Shown here: in pieces, positions 17,360 to 24,308 of the stretch
Numbering within the stretch: the stretch's first letter is position 1
Layout: the number at the start of each line of letters is the position of its first letter
IMG/VR virus record: IMGVR_UViG_3300006879_000020
Location: 1 to 25,197 of that record
Direction: 5' to 3' (one strand)
Origin: a virus
Lineage: Duplodnaviria; Caudoviricetes
DNA length: 25,197 nt
Notes under the pieces: model-generated
Databases searched by the model: none
Told to the model about the DNA's origin: nothing
What the model saw: the letters and a program-made list of their open reading frames with translations, nothing else
Program-made: the position numbers and the translations under genes

Positions 17360-17623
17360 TTATTTTCGATGTTGTTTCTGATGACATTCGCCGCAGAGGG
17401 TGATCAGTTTGTCCAAATGTTCGGCCTCACGCCCCACTATTGATTGCCCCTCCTCATCGTAGTAGGTCAGATGGTGTACCTCCAGCGTATAGGTCTTGCC
17501 GCAGAGCTGGCAGCGGTGGCCGTCGCGCAGACGCACACGGCGGCACACCTCCCGCCACTGAGGAGATTGTAATCCCCGAACATAGTTACTCCTCCGTCCC
17601 GGACGGTGCTGAAGCCTGCTCAT
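17360..17623 (-). CDS. HNH endonuclease
   Basis: RDGHRCQLCG...LEVHH...LITLCGECH. Confidence 0.9.
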   Translation of the reverse strand: MSRLQHRPGRRSNYVRGLQSPQWREVCRRVRLRDGHRCQLCGKTYTLEVHHLTYYDEEGQSIVGREAEHLDKLITLCGECHQKQHRK

Positions 17624-18188
17624 GCAATTCGTTCATGTCTATGCCCAGCACATCGAGGAAAGCCTGCTTGTTGGTTTCCAGGTTGGCGAAAAGGCTCTGT
17701 TCGTCCCATGACGGAATTTTGTCTACCCGGCAGAGTTGGAATTTACCATCAATCCAGGCGTAATAGAGGTAGTGCCCGCAGAGAGCCATCCGCACGGTCG
17801 ATTCGCCCGGCAGGTCGATCTCCTTCTCTCCGCGCTTGACCTGATAGACCAGATCACGGATTTGCGTGGTCACAGCCTGCAATTTCTCGCGGGCCTCCTT
17901 GATGATCGCCTTGCAAGATGCCTCGACTTCGGCCAACTTATCCTCCAGTTTGGGCTGTTCGTCCTCCATCAACTCTGAATAGTTAGCGCGGATCGTCGAC
18001 AGCTCATAGTCGTCGAGCAGCCGCACCGCCTTTGCGCCGGTCATACTTTCGGCGATGAATTTCCCGGACAGGTGTTTGCGAATCTCTTCCATGTCCTTGG
18101 CCCCTTCGAAGATCACCTTCGGAAACGAGGCGTTTTTCGGCAATTTGAACTCCGGCGATTGCGGAGCATAACCTTTCAGATCAATCAT
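17586..18188 (-). CDS. Hypothetical protein with coiled coil
   Basis: 200-aa ORF coupled to the NinG-like gene. Confidence 0.75.
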   Translation of the reverse strand: MIDLKGYAPQSPEFKLPKNASFPKVIFEGAKDMEEIRKHLSGKFIAESMTGAKAVRLLDDYELSTIRANYSELMEDEQPKLEDKLAEVEASCKAIIKEAREKLQAVTTQIRDLVYQVKRGEKEIDLPGESTVRMALCGHYLYYAWIDGKFQLCRVDKIPSWDEQSLFANLETNKQAFLDVLGIDMNELHEQASAPSGTEE

Positions 18189-18556
18189 AGTTTTGCGGTT
18201 TGTTGTTTGAAAAATCTTGTTAAAGTCCTGTAATCGTTGTCGGAGAGTTTAACCGTCGCATGGCGCTCCTGCTCCAGTTTATCAACCACCGGCAGTCCAT
18301 ATCGCTCGATAAGGCCGATGCGGTAGTTGCTTGCGTTGCCGTCCTTCATGCGGTTGCATTCCCGGCATTGGGCATTCACGTTGTAAATGTTCCATCGCGT
18401 AGCCGTATGTGCCCGCGGGATGTAATGACCGGCATCGCACGTCGAGAAGGAGATAGCCCGGCCGCAACTGATGCACCGTCCCGTCCCATCCCGGCAATCC
18501 CGGCGGCGGACGTAAATGCTGAAAGCCTTGTCAAGTATTTTCCGCGCGTTGCTCAT
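18185..18556 (-). CDS. ninG: NinG/Rap-family recombination endonuclease
   Basis: LDKAFSIYVRRRD...CISCG...DAGHYI.R...TRW...NVNAQC..CN; start MSNARK at an ATGA overlap. Confidence 0.9.
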   Translation of the reverse strand: MSNARKILDKAFSIYVRRRDCRDGTGRCISCGRAISFSTCDAGHYIPRAHTATRWNIYNVNAQCRECNRMKDGNASNYRIGLIERYGLPVVDKLEQERHATVKLSDNDYRTLTRFFKQQTAKL

Positions 18557-19680
18557 GCTTCCGGCAGGTATTGAGGTAACAACTCCGATTTGATATAGTC
18601 CGGCAGCTTGCACTGGATGATACCGTAGGCGCCCTCTTCGGCCTTGGCATCGAAGCCCGGCCAGCAATTCGTGTCCCGGCACTGTTTCACGATGTCCATA
18701 GCCTGTGCGTATTTGTATTTTCCGACCTGCAAATCCTCGGCATCCCAGTAGAACACCGCGACCTGGAACGGAATCGTCGTCTGAGCCATAATCATCACCG
18801 TCGCCGTGAACTTACGGCCCGTCACCTCGCTGGCAACTTTCAGGTACATCCCCTCGGCCAACTCGTAGCGGAACTTGGCGCAGTCGCGCATGAACGCCTC
18901 GACGGAGGTAGCGCAAGTCGTCTTCACCGACAGGATGGCATTCATCCCGAAGTTTTCGGCCAGCAGCAGGCCGTCGGGGCGGATTTTCACCTTCAGCCTC
19001 GTGGACGGATCGGTGCCGTACATCGAAGTTTCGGTTTTGACATATTGCATCAGCGTCGTTAATATCCCGCCGCCGTAGGTTTTGTATGAGGTCTTTATCA
19101 CGCGGATGATGTTGTAGTGCTCCTCGCCTATCATCGTGTAACCCGCCCTTTCGGCCTGTTCTTCCAAATCCGCCACGATGTCCTTCAGGGCTTGCAGTTT
19201 CAGCGTGGAAAGGATCGTGTACTGCGGAATGCAAAGCAGGTCGCAATAGAAGTTGATAAGCGTGCAGTTCCCCTCGATAGTCCCCCGGTTCGCCTTGGGC
19301 GCCACGACGACCTTCTCGAACTTCGACGGCTCCAGAATTGCCTGGTGGCAGAATGTTCCCAACTCGAAATGGTCGGTGTTGCGGGGTTTGACTTCCTCAT
19401 TCCGGGCAATCAGGTAGTGGCGCGGGGATTTCAAAGCCTCTTTGAGAAGCGACGAACTTTCCCCCGGGTGTGCGAGGTACTTTTCCATTCTGTCGTTCAC
19501 CACCCTGCCGTTCACGCCGAGCGCATAGTTATGTACCTTCTTCGGCTTCTCGGGCAGCATGGCGATACGGTGCAGGAACTCCTCGAAGGGCGTGTAATCC
19601 TCCCGGTCGAACTGGAGCGGGGAAAGCTCCTCCGCAACAGTCGCACCGGTCAGGTCGGATATGTCAAATCCGTAGTCCAT
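18553..19680 (-). CDS. PD-(D/E)XK exonuclease, RecE/ExoVIII-like (DUF3799-like)
   Basis: SSSLLK...SPRHY, GTFCH..ILEP..F, KIRPD, SVKTT, RYELAEGMY, WPGF. Confidence 0.85.
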   Translation of the reverse strand: MDYGFDISDLTGATVAEELSPLQFDREDYTPFEEFLHRIAMLPEKPKKVHNYALGVNGRVVNDRMEKYLAHPGESSSLLKEALKSPRHYLIARNEEVKPRNTDHFELGTFCHQAILEPSKFEKVVVAPKANRGTIEGNCTLINFYCDLLCIPQYTILSTLKLQALKDIVADLEEQAERAGYTMIGEEHYNIIRVIKTSYKTYGGGILTTLMQYVKTETSMYGTDPSTRLKVKIRPDGLLLAENFGMNAILSVKTTCATSVEAFMRDCAKFRYELAEGMYLKVASEVTGRKFTATVMIMAQTTIPFQVAVFYWDAEDLQVGKYKYAQAMDIVKQCRDTNCWPGFDAKAEEGAYGIIQCKLPDYIKSELLPQYLPEA

Positions 19681-19682
19681 AG

Positions 19683-20087
19683 CTATTTCTTGATGATAAG
19701 CCTTTTTACGCTCCAGTTGTCCGACTTGTAGCTGTTCGAGACGTTTTTCTTTTTTCCGAGGTAAGTGATCTCGAAAGCATCGCCCGGCTTGATCGAAGCC
19801 TGGAACGATTCGAAGATTCCCACCAGGCGACGCGATCCGTTGCGAACCGCGCGAAGTTGGCCGTTGACATTCTCCGCGAATTGAGCGACCAGCAGCTCGC
19901 GGGATTCACCCGATTCCATTTCCACGACGTTCTCCATATTCAGGCCTACGAAGAACAGGCGCCGCGTCTCGCCCTCTTTCTCGGGCGTCCAGTATTCGCC
20001 CGACATTTCAACCGGTTCGGCCTCGGCTTGCGAGAGATCGGGAAGGTTGCGAAAATCCGCTGTCGCAACTGCATTCACATTTTCCAT
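19683..20087 (-). CDS. Putative ssDNA-binding / recombination partner protein
   Basis: 134 aa, beta-rich (FEITYLGKKK..NSYKSDNWSV), directly upstream of the exonuclease. Confidence 0.55.
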   Translation of the reverse strand: MENVNAVATADFRNLPDLSQAEAEPVEMSGEYWTPEKEGETRRLFFVGLNMENVVEMESGESRELLVAQFAENVNGQLRAVRNGSRRLVGIFESFQASIKPGDAFEITYLGKKKNVSNSYKSDNWSVKRLIIKK

Positions 20088-20118
20088 AATTATAATTTTA
20101 TTGGTTAAACAATCGGTG

Positions 20119-20263
20119 CGGAGAGGGCGGGATTCGAACCCGCACGAAAGCTACTGCTCTTCGCTTTCAACCGGCCGGAAATCGTGGCTTTATTCATGTG
20201 CAGGTCGCATCTGCTGGCATACACTATTCCGACAGGTGCGCTTACCTGTTGCGCTACCTCTCC
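20119..20263 (-). ncRNA. tRNA-like RNA with Ser-like acceptor stem and greatly extended anticodon arm
   Basis: GGAGAGG/CCTCTCC-G acceptor, GCGC-AACAGGTAA-GCGC D arm and GCGGG-TTCGAAT-CCCGC T arm, with about 92 nt between the D and T arms. Confidence 0.8.
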
Positions 20264-20362
20264 GGGCGCCCCGTATCGTGGGGCGGACGGCCTGGGCGAC
20301 CCTCACGGGCGGCTTGCGCACCGAGTACCCGTTCGTACTCCCGATGTTGTAAAAGGTTTATG

Positions 20363-20812
20363 TCAGATGTTGTGTAATTTCGTTTTATGGGTATTGTAAA
20401 ATTCATTGAGCAGCACCCGCAATGCCGGCAGGCCGGCTTCATACTCGGCATCATAAGCCGCCACAACCTCGTAACTCTCAGCAAGTTCCCCGTAGGATTC
20501 GCAATACCCTTGGCAACTGTCACCGCCGGTCTTTTCTACCCAACGGTAGTGGTGACAAATCTTCACGTCCCACGGGCCGAGGCATACACCGAGGTCATCG
20601 CTCGTGAAAACCGCCCCGTCGACATCCCCGCGCGAATCATGCTCTACGGCAGCGATCACCTCGCGCCAGAAGGATTCGAGGCTCGAATCGCGCATGCAGG
20701 TTTCGGCCGCCGCACGTGATCGCAAATGCTTACCGTTGATGAACCGGCTTTTATAAAAGCCCAAGGCCTCGGGTTGGTTCGTAGTACTGGGGATGTCCCT
20801 ATATGCCTCCAT
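20363..20812 (-). CDS. Hypothetical early protein
   Basis: 149-aa ORF from MEAYRDIP. Confidence 0.7.
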   Translation of the reverse strand: MEAYRDIPSTTNQPEALGFYKSRFINGKHLRSRAAAETCMRDSSLESFWREVIAAVEHDSRGDVDGAVFTSDDLGVCLGPWDVKICHHYRWVEKTGGDSCQGYCESYGELAESYEVVAAYDAEYEAGLPALRVLLNEFYNTHKTKLHNI

Positions 20813-20823
20813 AGTGTTACGGT

Positions 20824-20961
20824 TTAGCGATAAAGCCTGAAAGTTCTCATTACCCACCGCAGGATCGCCCGGCGGCGCATGAAACGGCGGCGGTTGCGCT
20901 CGCTCCGTTCTTTTTGGGCCGGCGACTGGTATGCGGGCCGCAATTCAAGTGTCGATTCCAT
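20824..20961 (-). CDS. Small Arg-rich hypothetical protein (45 aa)
   Basis: Manual translation MESTLELRPAYQSPAQKERSERNRRRFMRRRAILRWVMRTFRLYR fills the gap between its neighbours. Confidence 0.55.
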   Translation of the reverse strand: MESTLELRPAYQSPAQKERSERNRRRFMRRRAILRWVMRTFRLYR

Positions 20962-20973
20962 AATGCCGATGTT

Positions 20974-21159
20974 TTACGATGGTTGCGTATATGCCCGTCG
21001 GGCCTGGTTCAGATTATAGAGAGTTTTGTAGCCTCCCGTATAAGTTTTGCGTGTCTTGGTCTTGAAATGCCCCGCGTTTGCATAGCGTTGTGCTGTCCAT
21101 CGGCTAATGCCGAGTTCTTTGCAGAGCTGTGTTTGCGTTACCCATACAATCGCCTCCAT
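20974..21159 (-). CDS. Excisionase-like winged HTH protein
   Basis: WVTQTQLCKELGISRWTAQRYANAGHF...TLY. Confidence 0.75.
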   Translation of the reverse strand: MEAIVWVTQTQLCKELGISRWTAQRYANAGHFKTKTRKTYTGGYKTLYNLNQARRAYTQPS

Positions 21160-21180
21160 ATTCTTCGTAATTATTGAATT

Positions 21181-21390
21181 TTATGACAACCGCGTCACCT
21201 TCATCTCATTGGTTACGGTGTCAATATCAAAATGCCACATTCCTTCCTTGTTGTTTTGCAGGCGCCCGCGCGCCGTGAGCATCGAATTGTATGTCGTGCC
21301 CACCATCTTGAACACCTGCGTAGCCCCTACCGGGATTCTGCGTAGCGTACCTACATAATCAGGTCGCTTCATTACTTCTTTTGCCTTCAT
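21181..21390 (-). CDS. Small basic hypothetical protein (possibly DNA-binding)
   Basis: 69 aa, TLRRIPVG...VTRLS. Confidence 0.75.
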   Translation of the reverse strand: MKAKEVMKRPDYVGTLRRIPVGATQVFKMVGTTYNSMLTARGRLQNNKEGMWHFDIDTVTNEMKVTRLS

Positions 21391-21424
21391 GCGTGCCTAT
21401 CTATTTATTATGTTGTTGCAAAGG

Positions 21425-21500
21425 AGCATCCCCGCGAGTTTTAGTGTCACTTAAAACTTACCCTATGCAATAGAATGAATTGCGGGGATGCTATTTTTTG
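21425..21500. other. Branched stem-loop element closed by an 11-bp inverted repeat, followed by T6 on the plus strand
   Basis: AGCATCCCCGC (21425-21435) / GCGGGGATGCT (21482-21492) enclosing AGTTTTAGTG/CACTTAAAACT and CTAT/ATAG stems. Confidence 0.6.
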
Positions 21501-21501
21501 T

Positions 21502-21509
21502 TAAATTTG
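21502..21509 (+). promoter_or_regulatory. Bacteroidota -7 box for the antisense membrane-protein gene
   Basis: TAAATTTG matches TAnnTTTG, 23 nt before ATG 21533. Confidence 0.6.
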
Positions 21510-21532
21510 TTCGTCACTTAAAATTTACTTTC

Positions 21533-21997
21533 ATGCAGCAACCGTCTCAACTCGGCTATGATTATTGGGCTGAATGCGAAAAGCATCGTATCAATTGGCT
21601 TAATGAAGCTTACAAAGCCCGATCTTCAACTATGTCTGCATTTCTAACCGCGTCGAGTGCGATCCTTGCCGTTACAATTGCGTTGAAAAGCATTGGTATT
21701 TACAAGTTTGACATTTCGTGGGTATTCTATACCGCGCTGGTCTTAAACATATTATCTGTCCTTTCCTGCGCAATCTCATTATATGAGCCCATAGAACTTT
21801 GTCGTCGCATGGAGCTTCGTCTCCATCAAGCAGGTATATCAGGCCCACCTCTCGTCGCACATGGTCAGACCAAAATTCGCGTACCCATTGGCATAGATCG
21901 TAAATTATTCTTTGTAGTCTGCGAGGTCGTTGCATATGTGCTTTTTGCCTTGCTAATTCTCGCTCTTCTAGCACTAGCGGTGATAGCGGGCGTTTGA
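21533..21997 (+). CDS. Accessory membrane protein (three predicted TM helices), AT-rich
   Basis: Hydrophobic stretches AFLTASSAILAVTIAL, VFYTALVLNILSVLSCAISLY and FFVVCEVVAYVLFALLILALLALAVI; has its own promoter box. Confidence 0.8.
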   Translation: MQQPSQLGYDYWAECEKHRINWLNEAYKARSSTMSAFLTASSAILAVTIALKSIGIYKFDISWVFYTALVLNILSVLSCAISLYEPIELCRRMELRLHQAGISGPPLVAHGQTKIRVPIGIDRKLFFVVCEVVAYVLFALLILALLALAVIAGV

Positions 21998-22128
21998 ACC
22001 GAGGGCTAACCGATTCCAATATTGCCGACAAATATGCCGCACTCAGACGCCATGATTCTATACTATTATTCAGGCTTATTAATACATCGACAGGCATCCT
22101 GAGCCTTTTTGCGTCCTCTTTATCCATA

Positions 22129-22374
22129 TCAGTCACCATAATATTGACCGCGCACACCATAGAAATTCGCGGGCACCGTCAGCAGCTCGGGACGGTATTC
22201 CGTGGCTTTCGGCTGTTCCGTCGGCCGGTTCTCTATCTTCGCCGTCATGATCGCCAGCTTCTCGTTGCGCCAAGCCTTACGCAGGCAAGCCGAGAAATCC
22301 ATCGAGCTCACACGCTTTAAATACCAGGCGTTGCGCATGATCTTCGAGAGGTTGTATTTGATCTTCGTTTTCAT
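22129..22374 (-). CDS. Conserved Bacteroidales phage early protein
   Basis: YNLSKIMRNAW...FSACLRKAW motif. Confidence 0.85.
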   Translation of the reverse strand: MKTKIKYNLSKIMRNAWYLKRVSSMDFSACLRKAWRNEKLAIMTAKIENRPTEQPKATEYRPELLTVPANFYGVRGQYYGD

Positions 22375-22485
22375 GGTTATGTATTTTTAACTCTTGCTCC
22401 CGCGCCGGCATCGCTCCGGATAACCGCTTGACGATTCGCGGGAAAACACTTAACTTTAGGCGTCCAACTCTAAAATTTAAGTGCT

Positions 22486-22614
22486 ATGATTACTACCGAA
22501 ATCAAGGATCGTATTCTATTCGACCTTACAAGTCGGGATTCAATAGTCTTTCATTACTCAAGTGTCGACATAGCTCAAAGGCTAAATCTATCTTGTGAGG
22601 TCGGGAATGATTAA
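22486..22614 (+). pseudogene. N-terminal fragment of an antisense HTH-like gene
   Basis: MITTEIKDRILFDLTSRDSIVFHYSSVDIAQRLNLSCEV, which stops just before the end of the convergent lectin-like gene. Confidence 0.5.
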
Positions 22615-22623
22615 ACTGTGAAA

Positions 22624-23082
22624 CTATTTCTTGAAAGCGGAAACCGGACGCACGGCGTTTGCGTAATACTTGTAGTTGCTGCCCATGTAGCCCGTGCTGC
22701 CGTTGTAGAAGAACGCGTTGATGGAATTGTACTCCGGATCGGGGTCGGCCTCGCTCGTCCAGTAGACGTTTGTAGCGGGCTTGCCGCCGATCTTCTTGAA
22801 CGCTTCGTCGAGGCCCCGGAACCGGGCGTCGTACATTTCTATCGCCTCGTGGCGGGTTGCGCAGCGGAAGCCCTCGCGGTATTCGGCAGCGGCTTTCTGT
22901 GCGCCCTCGAAATTGAATTCGCTCGGCAGGTCTTCTTTAGCGATTTCGAGCATCCCGGAATCGGTTACCAGTACGACCGTCTGTACTGTGGTCGGGTCTT
23001 CGCGTTTCATCCACTCGTCGAGCGGGTGCAGTTCGCGGTTTTCGTCGGGAATGTAAATCCCGTTTTCGATGTTGTTTTTCAT
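22624..23082 (-). CDS. DUF1566-like C-type lectin protein, probable DGR target
   Basis: FRCATRHE...YWTSE...YNSINAFFYNGSTGYMGSNYKYYANAVRPVSAF C-terminus, encoded mostly by NNC/NNT codons. Confidence 0.85.
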   Translation of the reverse strand: MKNNIENGIYIPDENRELHPLDEWMKREDPTTVQTVVLVTDSGMLEIAKEDLPSEFNFEGAQKAAAEYREGFRCATRHEAIEMYDARFRGLDEAFKKIGGKPATNVYWTSEADPDPEYNSINAFFYNGSTGYMGSNYKYYANAVRPVSAFKK

Positions 23083-23110
23083 TATTCAGTCAGTTTTTGG
23101 ATAATATAAT

Positions 23111-23473
23111 TCATGTAATAGCAGCTATGTTCGCCGCATGGAGTTGCCGTATTTGCACAAGTATTGTCTTTGAAATTTCGAAAGAAGCATAGTTACCGCA
23201 GTTATTAAACATTTTGTAAAAATCGGCTTCATAAAACTGTTTCGACCGGATAAACCCTACGCCGGCGATATCGAAATGCAGATCGAAGCCTATGATTTCG
23301 CAAACCGCGGGGGCTTTCTGGTTCAAGAGGAACTATTGAAAGCCAACATCCAAAAATTAGGGCTTGAAATCGACGTCCTTGCAAAAGAGCTTTCGCCAAA
23401 AGGGCTTGAGACAGCGGAGAAAATTGCAACAATCGGATCGTCTATACTCTCGGCTATCGGGATGATGCGGTAA
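23111..23473 (+). pseudogene. C-terminal fragment of an antisense HTH-like gene
   Basis: The frame of ORF 23276..23473 extends upstream as NFERSIVTAVIKHFVKIGFIKL...IEAYDFANRGGF; in-frame TGA at 23171-23173. Confidence 0.5.
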
Positions 23474-23677
23474 ATCACCCGCGAACCCCAGCAGCCATGT
23501 TTCAAGACTGTCAAGCGGAGTATGCCATAATATTTTTCCACGATCGCAATACACCTCCTTGCCATTCAATAAAACACGCCTTTCCGAAGAAGTCTCGCCA
23601 TGCGGTTCATCTGATTCTTTCAACCAGTACAAATCCACCTCTATATGGGCATATCTGTTTTTTCGTAATTCATCCAT
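23357..23677 (-). CDS. First ORF of the early transcript, hypothetical
   Basis: MDELRKNRYAHIEV... about 40 nt after the early promoter; its 3' part overlaps the antisense remnant. Confidence 0.5.
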   Translation of the reverse strand: MDELRKNRYAHIEVDLYWLKESDEPHGETSSERRVLLNGKEVYCDRGKILWHTPLDSLETWLLGFAGDLPHHPDSREYRRSDCCNFLRCLKPFWRKLFCKDVDFKP

Positions 23678-23685
23678 ATTTTTCC

Positions 23686-23748
23686 TATATTTGTACATAC
23701 GTTGTATGTTGACAATGCAAATATACAAATTGCTTGCATAAAAACAAA
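23686..23748. promoter_or_regulatory. Face-to-face promoter pair (early leftward promoter and rightward promoter)
   Basis: Minus strand: TTTG (23748-23745)-N19-TATATTTG (23725-23718), a full consensus. Plus strand: TATATTTG at 23686-23693. ACATAC-GTT-GTATGT palindrome between them. Confidence 0.75.
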
Positions 23749-23798
23749 CTTTTACACAAACTTTTTTATAGAAAATTTATAATACACTAAAAATCAAT

Positions 23799-24308
23799 AT
23801 GGAATTAAAGGAATTTATAATCTCCGCAACAAAAGAAACTATAAATGCTATTAGCGAATTACAAGACGAGTATAGTACAATAGATGCAATACGTTATGCT
23901 CCTATCATATCGCCAAGTGACATAAATAATGACGATACATGTGAATATAATAATATTCGAAGAAAGGTCAGCTATATAGATTTCGACATAGCGTTAACTG
24001 TTTCCGAACAAACAAAAGAAGGAGGAATTGCCGGGCTTAATATTAAAATATTTAGAGGAGAAAAAGACGAATCCATTCATTCGGAAAACACTGCCATTCA
24101 AAAAATTAAATTCAGAATACCAGTAGCTTTACCTGCACTCAAAACTGAGAACATGATTACAAATAGTATTTTTACTATCATTCTCCAAATATTCCAGCAA
24201 TTATTTTTCGTGCGGCCTCAAAAAAAGCATCCCCGGAATTTCCGGGGATGCCTTCACAGTCAATTCCATTTTCTCCATAGCGTCACACCTACGGTTCCCT
24301 GGAGATAG
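23799..24308 (+). CDS. Trypco2-like (trypsin-co-occurring domain) protein; true 3' end probably near 24150
   Basis: MELKEFI...I.FDIALTV.E...GG..GLNI...QKIKFRIPVALP pattern; very AT-rich. The tail after about 24150 runs through the terminator and into the opposing gene. Confidence 0.7.
   Translation: MELKEFIISATKETINAISELQDEYSTIDAIRYAPIISPSDINNDDTCEYNNIRRKVSYIDFDIALTVSEQTKEGGIAGLNIKIFRGEKDESIHSENTAIQKIKFRIPVALPALKTENMITNSIFTIILQIFQQLFFVRPQKKHPRNFRGCLHSQFHFLHSVTPTVPWR
24220..24251 (-). terminator. Intrinsic terminator ending the lysis operon
   Basis: GCATCCCCGGA-AAT-TCCGGGGATGC 11-bp stem followed by T7 on the minus strand, 8 nt after the stop at 24260. Confidence 0.9.

Noticed and set aside
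20294-20303. GGGCGACCCT shared with the hairpin at 10294
   Set aside because: Here the GGG pairs in a CCC-GUGA-GGG stem rather than sitting in an AAGGGU loop, so it is not counted as a fourth copy.
15816-23173. Stop-codon reassignment (TAG at 15816-15818, TGA at 23171-23173)
   Set aside because: A TAA follows the methylase TAG in frame within a few codons, many genes end normally at TAG or TGA, and no suppressor tRNA is present.
21426-24251. GCATCCCCG/CGGGGATGC arms shared by the 21425-21492 element and the lysis terminator, as possible recombination or inversion sites
   Set aside because: Only 9-10 bp, each copy is explained by a local stem, and no recombinase is seen in the window.
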